Source of the DNA: an uncultured Actinomycetota bacterium
Lineage (GTDB): Bacteria > Actinomycetota > Actinomycetes > JAFAQI01
Direction: 5' to 3'
DNA: 64,000 nucleotides
Assembly: GCA_963770565.1 (NCBI GenBank)
Contig: CAVYQE010000001.1
Coordinates: 288,001 to 352,000 of the forward strand
Part shown: positions 24,026-35,516 of the stretch, one piece after another
How the letters are laid out: every line of letters starts with the position of its first letter
Position numbering within the stretch: position 1 is the stretch's first letter
Program-made: the position numbers and the translations under genes
Notes under the pieces: generated by a model
What the model saw: only the letters and a program-made list of their open reading frames with translations
Told to the model about the DNA's origin: nothing
The model's database searches: none

Positions 24026-25045
24026 ATGTCACGACGCCATCTGGCGCGCACCAAATCGGTGATCGTGTCGGAATTCGAGCGCTGCGAGCTTTCCGCAAGC
24101 GAGCCCTATCAAGGCGTGCTGGCGGCGCGGTTCGATCCGCGGAAATTCGAGCAGCTTTCCACGGCGCTCACGGCCGAATTGGCCCCCGACGACCTGCGGC
24201 AGACAAAATGTCGGATCGTCAGCGACACCGTGGTCCCCTCGCCGGCCGATCTGATGCAAACCCAGTCGCTCGACAACTTCCTGTCTTGGATTCGCAGCCA
24301 ATGGCTGTCGCATCTGATTCGCGAGCGGCGGCTGACCACCTGGTTTCAGCCGATCGTCGATTGCCACCTGCCGCACCGCGTGTTTGCCCATGAGTGCTTG
24401 CTCCGCGGAACCCAGCCCGACGGCGAGATGATCCCACCCGATCTGCTGTTTGCGGCGGCGCGGGCGACCAGTCAACTGGCAGTGCTCGATGCAGCGGCCA
24501 AGCGGGTCCACATCGAATCCGCGGCGGCTCACTCGCTCACCGGGCGCGTGTTCATCAATTTCAATCCGTCGGCGATCGAGCCATCCGACGATTGCCTCGA
24601 GGAAACTCTGGCGGCCGTGGCCGAAACGGGCTTGCCGGCCGAACGATTCATTTTCGAGGTCGTCGAGAGCGATCGAACGACCGACGCCCATGCCCTGGTG
24701 CGGATTCTGGACGTTTATCGCGAGCATGGCTTTCAAGTCGCGCTCGACGACATCGGCGCCGGCTACAACTCGCTCAATCTGCTCACCGAGATCAAGCCCG
24801 ACTTCATCAAGCTCGACATGCATCTGACGCGCAACGTGGATCGCGATCCGTACAAAGCCCGCGTCGCCTCGAAAGTCTTGGAGCTTGCTCAGGAACTCGA
24901 TATCGCCACCGTCGCCGAAGGAATCGAGACGCCGGGACAATGGCAATGGGCGGCCGATCACGGGGCCGATTATGCGCAGGGCTATCTGTTTGCCTTGCCG
25001 GCACCGATCCCACCGAAACCGCGCTTCCGCCCGGAATTGGTCTAG
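24026..25045 (+). CDS. EAL-domain c-di-GMP phosphodiesterase
   Basis: FQPIVD, HECLLR, FINFNP, FEVVES, ALDDIGAGYNSL, DFIKLD, VAEGIET and QGYLF. Confidence 0.92.
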   Translation: MSRRHLARTKSVIVSEFERCELSASEPYQGVLAARFDPRKFEQLSTALTAELAPDDLRQTKCRIVSDTVVPSPADLMQTQSLDNFLSWIRSQWLSHLIRERRLTTWFQPIVDCHLPHRVFAHECLLRGTQPDGEMIPPDLLFAAARATSQLAVLDAAAKRVHIESAAAHSLTGRVFINFNPSAIEPSDDCLEETLAAVAETGLPAERFIFEVVESDRTTDAHALVRILDVYREHGFQVALDDIGAGYNSLNLLTEIKPDFIKLDMHLTRNVDRDPYKARVASKVLELAQELDIATVAEGIETPGQWQWAADHGADYAQGYLFALPAPIPPKPRFRPELV

Positions 25046-25219
25046 GAGCCTGTTCGAGAACCGGCATGCCTTCCGGCGGGCGTTGCCAAAGGGGGTCGGG
25101 AGTCGATTTCGCCATGATGCCGGTTGACACTTCGGGTCGTTACGCGGGCGAAATCGACTCCCGACCCCTTTTGCGGCGGGCATCCGCTCGCCGCGGCCGG
25201 TTCTTGGACAGGCTCCTAG
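25043..25219. mobile_element. MITE with long terminal inverted repeats and CTAG at both ends
   Basis: ctaggagcctgttcgagaaccggc ... gccggttcttggacaggctcctag; related copies at 12268, 53383 and 59911. Confidence 0.8.
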
Positions 25220-25337
25220 CCCAGCCGTAGGACGGCTCTCCCGAGCCGTCCCACTTCGTCCTGCTTGCGGTCGTTTGCACTTTGCCGCTGCGCGGGTAGA
25301 CTGGCGGGGGATTCCATTTCAACCCCGCGCTGCGATC

Positions 25338-26561
25338 GTGGCTGCATCCTTGGCGATTGACGATTGCCGCTGGCTGGTGAGCGACGCAGCGACGCGGTGG
25401 CTCGAACTGGCTGCGGCAGGCGAAGGGTCCGCGCCGGCCCCGGCGCTGGCGGCCAAGCTGCGGAAAGACCTGACGCCGCGGCAGACGCATCTCGTGCTCG
25501 AGCAGGCGGCGCTGCGTCGCCGCGGAGCGGAAAAATTCGCCCTCGCCGAGCGGATGTTCTTTACGCCGATCGCGCTGGAGCAAGCGACCGACGAATGGAT
25601 CGCTCGGTACAAAGCGGCACGATTTCCTCCGGCCGCGGCGATGGCCGATTTGTGCTGCGGAATCGGCGGCGATCTGCTGGCTCTGGCGGCGCACGGCCCG
25701 ACGATCGGCGTCGATCGCGATCCGTCGATCGCGCTGTTCGCCGAGGCGAATCTGGCGTCGGCGCGGCGGCCCGCTCGGGGTGCGGAAAGTCGTCGGTTCG
25801 GGCCGCCGACGTGCGCCAGATCGACCTCGCTCCGCTGGCGGCTTGGCATCTCGATCCGGACCGCCGACCGGCCGGCCGCCGAACGAACGCGCACCGTGGC
25901 CCATGATCCGCCCCCCGAGGTCATCGAGGCATTGCTCGGGGCGTGTCCGGCCGGGGCGATCAAATTGGCCCCCGTCGCCGAATGGCCCGCCGACTGGGCG
26001 TGCCGCTGCGAATTGGAATGGATCAGCCGCAAACGGGAATGCCGGCAGCTCGTGGCCTGGTTCGGCGCGCTGACCGAGAGGGTCGGCAGCCGGCGGGCGA
26101 CGATTCTCGACGCCGAGGGAATTGTGCAGCGCGCCGTCCGGGGGGAGCCGAAGATGGCGCTGTCGCCGGCGACAAACGTCGGCCGCTATGTCTACGAGCC
26201 TGACGCGGCCGTGCTGGCGGCGCAACGTACCGAGGCGCTGGCCGGCGAGCGGGGCTTGGCGGAAATCACTCCCGGCATCGCCTACCTCACCGGCGACGAG
26301 CCGCTCGACGACGCGGCTCTGGCCGGCTTCAAGGTGCTCGATCTGCTGCCGCTGCGGGTGAAGACGGTGAAGCGCTGGTTGCAACAGCGGAGCGTCGGCC
26401 GCCTGGAGGTCAAAAAACGCGGCGTCGCGCTCGATCCGGCCCGATTCCGCCAAGAGCTGCAAGTGGCCGGAGATAACGACGCTACGCTGTTGATAACCCG
26501 CCGCGACGGCCGCCCAACCGTGATCGCCGCGCGGCGGCTTGGATGTGCCCTCCCTTGCTAG
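25338..26561 (+). CDS. Class I SAM-dependent methyltransferase (THUMP-like C-terminal domain)
   Basis: LEQAT, ADLCCGIGGD, IKLAP, YVYEPD.AV and LEVKKRG. Confidence 0.85.
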   Translation: MAASLAIDDCRWLVSDAATRWLELAAAGEGSAPAPALAAKLRKDLTPRQTHLVLEQAALRRRGAEKFALAERMFFTPIALEQATDEWIARYKAARFPPAAAMADLCCGIGGDLLALAAHGPTIGVDRDPSIALFAEANLASARRPARGAESRRFGPPTCARSTSLRWRLGISIRTADRPAAERTRTVAHDPPPEVIEALLGACPAGAIKLAPVAEWPADWACRCELEWISRKRECRQLVAWFGALTERVGSRRATILDAEGIVQRAVRGEPKMALSPATNVGRYVYEPDAAVLAAQRTEALAGERGLAEITPGIAYLTGDEPLDDAALAGFKVLDLLPLRVKTVKRWLQQRSVGRLEVKKRGVALDPARFRQELQVAGDNDATLLITRRDGRPTVIAARRLGCALPC

Positions 26562-26641
26562 CGCTTCGGGCTAGTGTGCGGCGATTTCCGACACGAGCCC
26601 GACGCGCCAGCGAGGGAGTCGTCGCGGCGCAGATCGCGCCG

Positions 26642-27931
26642 CTAATTGCGGCGAATGCCGTTCGGGCCGGCGGCGACGGCAGGGCCCTGGCTGTCGAAAA
26701 TCGTCCAGATCGGGTTTTCCTGCGCAGCTTCGTCAGATAGGCCTCGGATTTCTGCTTGTATCGCTCCTGCTTGAGCTGCTTGCGAATCGCGACTTGGGCT
26801 TCGAGAAACGGAGTGCGATAAGCATCTTTCCGCTCGATCACGCGCGACGATGTGATAGCCTTCGTCGTCTTCCAAGATTCGGCTCATTCGCATGACGGGC
26901 AAGCCGAAGAGCGCCGCGTCGAGGACGGTCGATTTCAGGCTTCCCTGAGTGGTCCAATCGCGCTGGCCGCCGCTGCTGGCCGTGGGGCCCTGCGAGTGGG
27001 CCTTGGCCACTTCGGCGAAGGGGACGCCCCGCAGCACGTCGTTTCCCATGTTGCACAGCGCCGCACGCGCCTCCGGCTTGCTCCCGAATTTGTCGAAATC
27101 GACCGTCAGCTCCTCCCATCGCGCGCGGGCCTGGTGGTCGAATTTCGTGCCGTTGTTTTGATAGTAGGCGAAGATGTCGGCATAGGGGATTTCCTCCTCT
27201 TTCACGTTTTGCTGGAGCCACATCTTGGCCACGTTGTTTTCGAAGAACACCCTGCGGCGGCGCTCGAGCGATGTTCCGACTTCGTGCAGCTTTGCATCGA
27301 GTTCCTCTTTCGTCTTGCACTTGGCCCGCTCCATCATCGCCGTGACTTGCGATTTGTAGAACTCGTCGTTGAGCTTCTTTTCGATGTCCTTGAGGCCTTC
27401 GGCGGGAATGGTCTTGGAGGCTTCGGCGAACAGGATTTTGCTGTCGGCCATTCCGCGGATTTCATCGAGCAATTCGGCCCGGACGGGGGCCAGCACCGAG
27501 TCCGGCGCTCCCTCGGCTTGGGCCTTGGCATAGGCGGCGTATTTTCCCAGAAAATCCGAGGCGAGAATCGTATCGGCGCCGACGCGGGCGACGATCAGGG
27601 CGCTATCCAAATTGCGAATCGGCCCGGCGCCGGCGATCGGGCGGCCCTGACCGTAGGGACTGTTTCCCGCCGGAGTCCGGCCGTCGGACGGGGCCGTCGG
27701 ATACCGCAACGGGATCGGCTGCATGGGCGCCTGGGGAATGTTCTCGAATTGCGCTCTCACGCGCGGATCGATCCCCGGATCGATCCCTTGCCCATACGCC
27801 GGATCGGGCGCTTGGGCCCGCACCTGATTCGCGAAATTCACCAATTCTTGCCCGAGGCCGGGGCGCAAGAGAATCGCTCCCAGCAGCACGAGCGTCGAGC
27901 AGAAGATCGTCGGGTAAAGCGAGCGTGGCAC
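26642..27931 (-). CDS. PpiC/SurA-type peptidyl-prolyl isomerase
   Basis: VARVG..TI, FAEVAKAHSQGPTASSGG.RDW, LDAALF.L and GYHIV. Confidence 0.8.
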   Translation of the reverse strand: MPRSLYPTIFCSTLVLLGAILLRPGLGQELVNFANQVRAQAPDPAYGQGIDPGIDPRVRAQFENIPQAPMQPIPLRYPTAPSDGRTPAGNSPYGQGRPIAGAGPIRNLDSALIVARVGADTILASDFLGKYAAYAKAQAEGAPDSVLAPVRAELLDEIRGMADSKILFAEASKTIPAEGLKDIEKKLNDEFYKSQVTAMMERAKCKTKEELDAKLHEVGTSLERRRRVFFENNVAKMWLQQNVKEEEIPYADIFAYYQNNGTKFDHQARARWEELTVDFDKFGSKPEARAALCNMGNDVLRGVPFAEVAKAHSQGPTASSGGQRDWTTQGSLKSTVLDAALFGLPVMRMSRILEDDEGYHIVARDRAERCLSHSVSRSPSRDSQAAQAGAIQAEIRGLSDEAAQENPIWTIFDSQGPAVAAGPNGIRRN

Positions 27932-28143
27932 GGCGGAGGTCAGGGGTCGGGGGTCGGGGGTCGGGGGTCGGGGTGGGTCGGGGGTCGGAGGTCGTCGCGG
28001 AAGCGCCGGGGCTCTCGCGACGGCGGCTCTTGGAAGCCACCGCTACGGGTCGATGGATCGGAATCAGGAGAAGCGATGTGTGACGAGCCGCAGTCGGCGC
28101 GGGCGGCGCGCACCTGTCACGGGGGCGGGATTATAGGCGCGGC

Positions 28144-31100
28144 TCACGAAGGCCGCAACAGCGATTTGATCGCTGCGGCCAGCCGCTCGAAATCGAGCAC
28201 CCCTTTTTCCAAAGGCTGATAAGCGCTGCGGTCGTCGACCAGCCGCAGCCGCCCCGGCTGGGATTTCGCCAATTCCTCGATCCGGCGGCGATTGCGGTAG
28301 TCGTACACCACAAATCCCTCTTCGCGGCGGATCGCGTCGATCTGCCAAAAGGCCGCCGCGATCCGCAACTCCGCTTGCTCGATGAGCCTGCCGACCGGTG
28401 GCGGCGGTGGACCGAAACGATCGAGCATTTCCGCCGTCAAATCGGCCAATTCCTCGGCCGCGGCCACCCGCGCCAATCGCCGATAAAGGTCGATCTTCAG
28501 CCGCATGTCGGGCACATAGGTCGGCGGAATGAAGGCCTCTCCCGGCAGATCGACATGCACGTCGAGCACCGCCTTGGGGGGCATCTGTTGCAGCTTCCGC
28601 ACCGCCTGCTCGAGCAATTCGCAATAGAGTTCGTAGCCGACGACCGCGATATGGCCGCTCTGCTGCGTACCGAGAATGTTGCCCGCCCCGCGGATTTCCA
28701 GATCGCGCATGGCGATGGCGAAGCCGGCCCCGATCGCGCTGAATTCCTCGATGGCCCGCAGACGGCGGACCGAATTGCCGGAGACGTATTTGTTCGGATC
28801 GAGCAGCAGATAGCAATAGGCCCGATGTTTGTAGCGCCCGACCCGGCCGCGCAATTGATGCAGATCGGCCAGTCCATAGCGATCGGCCTCGTCGATGAAG
28901 ATCGTGTTGGCGTTGGGAATGTCGAGGCCGCTTTCGACGATCGTGGTGGCCAGCAGAATGTCGAAATCGTGGGCCACGAAGCCGAGCATCACCTCTTCCA
29001 ATTCGCCCTCGGCCATTTGGCCGTGGCCGATGCGGAGCCGCGCCTCGGGCACGATCCGCCGCAGCTTGGCCGCGACGAGTTCGATGTCGTTGATCCGATT
29101 GTGGACGAAAAAGGCTTGCCCATCGCGATTGAGTTCGCGCAGCAGGGCCTGGCGGATCAGCTCTTCGTCGAACCGCGTGACGCGGGTCTCGACGGCCAGG
29201 CGGTCTTCGGGGGGCGTTTCCAGGTTCGAGATGTCGCGGAGGCCCAAGAGCGACATATGCAAAGTGCGCGGGATCGGCGTGGCGGTCATGGTGAGCACGT
29301 CGATCGTTTCCCGCAGCTTCTTGAGCCGCTCCTTGACCTCGACGCCGAACCGCTGCTCCTCGTCGATGATCACCAGGCCGAGATTGGCGAACGCGATGTC
29401 GGCCTGGGCGAGCCGATGGGTGCCGATCACGACGTCGATCGATCCGGCTTTCAGCCCCTTGAGGATCTTGGTTTGCTCGCGGCCGGTGCAAAACCGGCTC
29501 AGGGCCGCGATCTGAAAGGGGAATTCCGCCATTCGCTCGGTGAACGTCCGGCGATGTTGCTCGCAAAGGATCGTTGTCGGCACCAACAGGGCCACTTGAT
29601 AGCCGGCCTCGACCGCCTTGAACACGGCCCGCATCGCCACTTCCGTCTTGCCGAAGCCCACGTCGCCGCACAGCAGCCGATCCATCGGCCGCGCAGAGCT
29701 GCATGTCGTGTCTTGATCGCGGCAATGGCGCTCGAGCTGATCGGTCGTCTCGCGATAGGGAAAGGCCGCGTCGAATTCCTGCTGCCACGGCGTGTCGGCG
29801 GGAAAATGGATTCCCGGCCGCGACGAACGGTCGCTTGCATCCGCAGCATGTCGGCCGCCAGATCGGTGACGGCCTCGCGGGCGGCCTCTTTCTGCTTGTT
29901 CCACAGCCGGCCGCCGACGTGGGCCAGGCTCGGCCGCGATTTGCTCCCGCCCACGTATTTCTGCACGAGTTCGATATTGGCCGCGGGGACGAAGATTTTC
30001 GTCCCCCCGTGGAACTCGAGTTCCAGATGCTCCTCGATCTGATCGTCTTTCTCGAGCAGCTTGAGCCCGCGGTAGCGGCCGATGCCGTGCGCCAGATGAA
30101 CGATGAAATCCCCTTCGCGGAGATCGAGAAAGCTATCGACCACGCGGCTCAGGCGGCGCTGGCTGGGGCGATTGAGATCGCTGCGATGAAAAAGTTCATG
30201 GCCGCTGACCAGGATCAGCCGCCGCGCCACCAGGCGAAAGCCGGCGGCGAGCCGGCCGGCGACGAAGCCCAGGCTTCCCTGGGCGGCCAGCCGCGTCGTG
30301 CCGAAGATTTCCCGCAGCCGCTCGATCTCGGCCTCCGTCTGGCAGACGATGGTCACTTCATATCCGTCGGCGGCCGAATCGAGTTCCTCGCGCACTTTCG
30401 GCGATGTCGCCGGAAAATCGCTCGACGCTTTCGATCCGCAATTGGCAGGTCGCTTCGAGCGTGCCGCCGGAAATCGCCGCCGCCGTCACCGACGGGAAAC
30501 GATACGCATCGTTGAGCACTTCCGCCGTGGTGTGAAAATCCTGCGGCCGATCGACGCGGTTGAGATAATGCCGGGCCTCCTCTTGAATCTCTTCCGGCTC
30601 GATCGACAGAAACCAGCCCGCGGCGGAAGATAGCCGGTGAGGTGGTCGCGCTGCTCCGGCCTCGGCTTGAGGATCGTGATCTCCAGGGCTCTCGAGCGGC
30701 TGCAAGCTCCGCTGGCTGGCAACCTCGAAGCGGCCGGAGCGACTCGACCCGATCGCCGAAGAATTCGATCCGCACGGGATCGTCCCAATCGGGGGCGAAC
30801 ACGATCGACGATCCCCCCGCGCAGCGAGAATTCGCCCGGCAATTGCACGGCGGGCGTGTTTTCGAAAGACCGCTGGCCGCGATCCAGCGGAGCAGTTCAT
30901 CGACGTCGGTCTCCTGCGCCGACGCGAAGCCGCCGTGTCTGGGCGGCTAGCAGCGGCCGGCGAAGCGACCGGTTGCAACAGGCTTTGAATGCTGGTCACG
31001 AGCAATCGCGGCGGCTCGGCCGCGGGCCGGCCAGGCAGTTTGAGCACGCGGAGCCGGTCGCCATGAATTTGGTCGTCAACGGCCCGCTCGGCGGCAGTGG

Positions 31101-31396
31101 TTTCCCAAGCGGGGAACGCTTCGGCGGGCGTGGCGGTGAAGAGGGCCAAATCGTCGCAGAGCGCGTCGATATCGCCCGCCCGCGAGACAGACGATGACGA
31201 GCATGGCGGGGGCTCGGCTTCGATCGCGGCCGCGGCCAGCGCGCAGCTCGATCCCCAGATGCCGCCCAGCGTGGCCCCTTGGCCTGATTTCAGGCTGGCC
31301 ACGACTTCGGCGAAACCCGGCTCATCGTGCAGCACACCGGCCAGTTCGAGCAGCCGGCCGGCCACGTCGGTTTCCGTCGGATTCGTGACGCACCAT
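28144..31396 (-). CDS. mfd: Transcription-repair coupling factor Mfd, split by indels
   Basis: GEFSLRGGI.D, IVHLAHGIGRY, MDRLLCGDVGFGKTEVA, IIDEEQRFGV, TATPIPRTL, QLRGRVGR and RDLEIRGAGNILG. Confidence 0.96.
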
Positions 31397-31542
31397 GCTC
31401 CTTCACCAGAACGTCAATCGTCCATTGTAGCGCCGTGGCGGCGAGTGTCGTCAGCGGCGATTCTTTCGCGATGACCGCCGACGGAACAAGACGGGCGAAT
31501 GCCCCAGTTCGGTCAACCGTATCGAGCTTTGACAGACCGCCC

Positions 31543-32625
31543 CTACTCTTCCTCGGCCACGTCGAGCAGCGAATGGCCCTCGTGTTCCTCGACTTCGACC
31601 TCATGCATCACTTCAGCCACCTCGCGGCGGCTCGCCAGATAGTAGCAGACGCCGATCAGGGCCACGGCGAACGTCAGGATGCGAAACGCCAGCGAGACCA
31701 GGGCTCCGACGCCGTGCGCCGGCGGCAGCACACCCGCCCCTTGATCGCCTGCGGCACGTGGCGATACAGGACCTCGGCTGCCCCTTCGACAGCCCCAACC
31801 CCATCATCGGCAGCGGCACGATGCTGGCCACCGTGGCCAGCGGCACGATGACCATGTGGGCTCCCAGCGAGGGATGATTCTCGAGCAGGCCCGCCGAAAC
31901 CAAAAAAAACGACACCGCGAAAGCCCTTGCGCGACCAGCGTCGCCAACAGCGCCAGGCCCAGCACCCAGGTCTGCCGCCGATAGCGGCGCATCGCGGCAA
32001 TCAGCCGCTCGCAGACCGGCCCACCGCGGCAGCCGCGCCAGCCGCCGCTCGATCGCATGCCAAGCCGCGTCGGGCAGCAGCAGCAAGCCCGCGATGCTAG
32101 CCCGCCGACCGCCGTGCAAATCAACGTGGCCCGATAGAGCGCCGCGATCCAGGCGGCCGTTTCGGCATGCCAGGCCCCCGTCGAGACCAGAATGCGCGAT
32201 CGTCGCCAAGAGAAACATGCCGAACAGCCCGATCAGCCGGTCCACGACGACCGTGGCGACACGGCCTCGGCGCGGCGGCCTTGCAATTCGCGGGCGACGA
32301 AGATCGCCTTGAACAAATCCCCCCCGACGAATCCGAACAAGAGAAAATTCAGCAGGCAGCCGAGATATCCCAGCCGCAGCGCAATCGCGCAGCCCGACCG
32401 GCAAGTCCGAGCGCCAACATCAGCCAATGCCAGCGGACGATCGTCAGCGTGGTGCCGACCAACGTGAGGCCCAGCGCCGCGGCCAACAGATCCCAATGCT
32501 TGCGGTCGCTGAGCTTGGCGAAGCTGTCGTTCGACGACAAATAATAAATCAGGTACGCCAGGATCGCCGCCAAGCACGCCCCATTGCACAACGCGGACGG
32601 CAATTCTGGCGGCGGAGTTTTTCAA
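31543..32625 (-). CDS. Lysylphosphatidylglycerol synthase TM / UPF0104 flippase-like membrane protein, fragmented
   Basis: RWHWLM, LNFLLFGFVGGDLFKA, TVVVDRLIG and VPLPMMGLG motifs. Confidence 0.75.
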
Positions 32626-32957
32626 AGCGGCGCGGTCTCGTAGCGGTGGCTTTCCGTCGCCGCGCTCCGGAGCACGATGCTCACGCAACGACCGGCGGGA
32701 TCCCGATTCCCTGGTATGGCAAACCTCGGGAAGTCTGTCCGAGAACCCACCGGGCGGCGAGTTTCAAGTATAGGCGGAACGGCCATGCGACAATATATGG
32801 GAATGGCGCGCCTTCGGCGCGCCGCCGCCGGCCGCCAAAAAAACTCGCTCCGATTGCTCTGGAGTCGGTTCGGCCCGGAAGCTATTCTACTCCCCCAGCT
32901 TGCCGCAAATCGGCGATCGTTCTCGGATTGGCGGCGTTCAAGCCCAAGGAGGCGTTC

Positions 32958-33962
32958 GTGCGAAGGCTGCTGATTCTGTTGCTCGTGGCCGGCGCCGGCG
33001 GCTGGTTCTTCTTCCATAAGTATCGGATCGACGGGATCGACCGCATCACGTTGCGGCCGCGCTCTCCAGGCGGTGTTGCCGCGGCGGGCAATTCCGGCGG
33101 CAGCCCCGTCGCGACGCGGCAACGGCCGACGAATACGATCCGCATCGCTGCGTTCGATCTCGATCGATTCGATGCGGCGAAGCTCGGCAATCCCCCGGTC
33201 TTGAAAGCCCTGCTCGACGTGGCGCGGCAGTTCGACGTGATCGCCCTCGAAGGGATCACGACGCCGCGCGACGACTTGATGGCGGCGCTGATCGAGCAGC
33301 TTGATGCCGGTGGTCGGCATTTCGACTATGTGATCGGCCCCCGATTGGGACGCGACGCCACTCCGGAGCAGTTCGCCTTCGTGTTCGACGCCGCCAGCGT
33401 CGAGGTCGATCGGACCACGATGTACACGGTCAACGATCCGGGGCGACTGTTGCTGCGCGATCCGCTGGTGGCGACATTTCGCGTGCGCGGTCCGGCGGCG
33501 AAAGACGCTTTCACTTTCACGCTGGTCAACGTGCATCTCGATCCACAGCGCGCCCCCGGCGAACTCGACGCGCTGGCCGAAGTCTATCGCGCCGTGCGCG
33601 ACAATGGCCTGCACGAAGACGACATCATCCTGCTCGGCGATCTCGAGGCCGATGATCGGCGACTGGGCCTGTTGGGAGAACTGCCCAACATGACCACGGC
33701 CCTGGCGGGAGTGCCCACCAACACGCGCGGGACGAAGATGTACGACAACATCCTCTTCAATCGCGAGGCGACCAGCGAATTCACCGGTCGCGCCGGCGTG
33801 ATCGATCTGTTGCATGAATGCAGCCTGACAATGCCGCAGGCGCTCGCAGTTTCCGATCATCTGCCGATTTGGGCTGAGTTCAGCATCTATGAAGGGGGCC
33901 AGCCGGGACGGATGGCGGTGCCGGCAGGGGTCGGGGGTCGGGGGCCGGGGGTCGGGGAGTGA
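32958..33962 (+). CDS. Endonuclease/exonuclease/phosphatase (DNase I-like) family protein
   Basis: IRIAAF, FDVIALE, FTLVNVH, IILLGD, YDNI and SDHLPIWAEF. Confidence 0.88.
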   Translation: MRRLLILLLVAGAGGWFFFHKYRIDGIDRITLRPRSPGGVAAAGNSGGSPVATRQRPTNTIRIAAFDLDRFDAAKLGNPPVLKALLDVARQFDVIALEGITTPRDDLMAALIEQLDAGGRHFDYVIGPRLGRDATPEQFAFVFDAASVEVDRTTMYTVNDPGRLLLRDPLVATFRVRGPAAKDAFTFTLVNVHLDPQRAPGELDALAEVYRAVRDNGLHEDDIILLGDLEADDRRLGLLGELPNMTTALAGVPTNTRGTKMYDNILFNREATSEFTGRAGVIDLLHECSLTMPQALAVSDHLPIWAEFSIYEGGQPGRMAVPAGVGGRGPGVGE

Positions 33963-34045
33963 CGGGCGCCGCGGACGAAGTACGTTGACAACCGCGATTG
34001 GTTCTCAACCGATCCACTCACCGCTCGCCATTCGCTGCTTGGCGC

Positions 34046-34075
34046 TTGAAATTGTGCCACCTCTTCCGATATAGT
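34046..34075 (+). promoter_or_regulatory. Sigma70-like promoter for the left half of the phage-like cluster
   Basis: TTGAAA (34046-34051), 18-nt spacer, TATAGT (34070-34075). Confidence 0.6.
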
Positions 34076-34089
34076 CGCGTGAGTTGAGC

Positions 34090-34166
34090 GGTATCAGCGG
34101 AGCCTGACAAGAACCAGGTATCTCAAGAGCCCGCCGTCGGACGTTTGTCCGGCGGCGGGCTTTTTT
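34090..34166 (+). promoter_or_regulatory. Leader attenuator: twin GGTATC-N4-GAGCC boxes plus intrinsic terminator (copy 1)
   Basis: Boxes at 34090-34104 and 34117-34131; stem gcccgccgtcggac/gtccggcggcgggc followed by T6; same architecture at 45789-45867. Confidence 0.7.
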
Positions 34167-34211
34167 CGTTGTTCCGCGTCCCCTCGCGTTCTCATTCCCT
34201 CGGAGGTTGCA

Positions 34212-34412
34212 ATGAAATTGTTTCAATGGTTGCTGGCCAACCAAGACGCGTTGTTGGCGATCGTCGCGGAGTTGGAGACGATCTTCGGCGGCTCGTCTCC
34301 TACGCCCGCGCCCCAGACGATCGATCTGAGCGGCATCCAAGCGTTCATCGCCGCGGTGGAAAAGTGGCTCCCCGTGATCGAAGCGATTGTCGCCCAGTTC
34401 GCGGCCAATTGA
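34212..34412 (+). CDS. Small amphipathic hypothetical protein, first gene of the cluster
   Basis: ggagg RBS; 66 aa with two amphipathic helices. Confidence 0.6.
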   Translation: MKLFQWLLANQDALLAIVAELETIFGGSSPTPAPQTIDLSGIQAFIAAVEKWLPVIEAIVAQFAAN

Positions 34413-34419
34413 TTGTTCC

Positions 34420-34501
34420 CGTTGGAGTTCACGCTTTGGCGTGCCGCGGAACGCACGAGTGTGATTTCGAACAAACGCACGCCGAAGCGTGAACTCCAAC
34501 G
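34420..34501. repeat. Palindromic dispersed repeat gttggagttcacgct...agcgtgaactccaac
   Basis: Inverted repeat; related copy at 61557-61609. Confidence 0.7.
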
Positions 34502-34554
34502 GCTGAATTCCAACTTTGTTTCCAATGCGATCTTCAACATGGGACTCTCGAACG

Positions 34555-35322
34555 ATGATTCTTCATGGAAAACTCGGCAAGCTGCCGGCTCGGCATGATG
34601 TGCGCACGCTCCGCTTCGCCCGCTACGACCGCGCCTTGCCCGCGCCGCCGGCCACTTGCGATTATTCGATCAAAGTGCCCTCCTGGCCGATGCTCGGCAA
34701 CGATCGCTATGGCGATTGCACGTTTGCCGGGGCGGCTCATCTCAGTCAATGCTGGGTGGACAACGCCGGCTCGACGCCGGGCGGATTCCTGCCCGACGAT
34801 CGGGCCGTCGTCGCCGAATACCTCGCCTTCACCGGTGGAGAAGACACGGGCTGCGTCGAGTTGGACGTGCTCAAGACTTGGCGGGCCGACGGGATCGTCG
34901 GGCACAAGATCGGCGCCTTTGCCGCGCTGCGGGCGGGCGATCACGACGAGGCGCACGACGCCGTGTTTCTGTTCGGCGGCGCCTATTTGGGAGTCGCCAT
35001 GCCGCTCTCGGCCCAGAAGCAGCAGGTGTGGGACGTGCCGCGGCGCGGGCCGATCGGCCGCGGCTCGCCCGGCTCGTGGGGCGGCCATTGCGTGGTCGTC
35101 GTGGCCTATGACGCGCGGGGGCCGATCGTCGTCACCTGGGGGCAGCTCCAGCCGATGACCTGGGCCTTTTACGACGCCTATGTCAACGAAGCGTATGCGA
35201 TTCTCGCAGCCGACTTTTTCAACGGCGCGAGCGTCGCACCCAACGGCTTCGATCTCGCTGCGCTCACGGCCGATCTGGCGCTGGTCGGCCGAATGGAATC
35301 CCCCTCGCGTGCCACGGTTTGA
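34555..35322 (+). CDS. Papain-like (C1-related) cysteine peptidase of phage type; possible lysin
   Basis: MLGNDRYGDCTFAG (Cys), GGHCVVVVAYD (His), VTWG and YVNEAYAI. Confidence 0.65.
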   Translation: MILHGKLGKLPARHDVRTLRFARYDRALPAPPATCDYSIKVPSWPMLGNDRYGDCTFAGAAHLSQCWVDNAGSTPGGFLPDDRAVVAEYLAFTGGEDTGCVELDVLKTWRADGIVGHKIGAFAALRAGDHDEAHDAVFLFGGAYLGVAMPLSAQKQQVWDVPRRGPIGRGSPGSWGGHCVVVVAYDARGPIVVTWGQLQPMTWAFYDAYVNEAYAILAADFFNGASVAPNGFDLAALTADLALVGRMESPSRATV

Positions 35323-35516
35323 CGATCGCCGCGATCGACTTCGACCTTCGGAACAAACTCGACCGGCGTCCGTCAAGCCGTGCGACCCCGAGAGTTCGCC
35401 GCAGCCCGCACGGCTTGATCGGCGCCGGCAACGATCGTGCTCGACGCGGCGACCTGTTCGGCGTCGATCAAACAGTGGCACGAGCATCCCCCAACAAACA
35501 CACTTTATCTTCCTCC

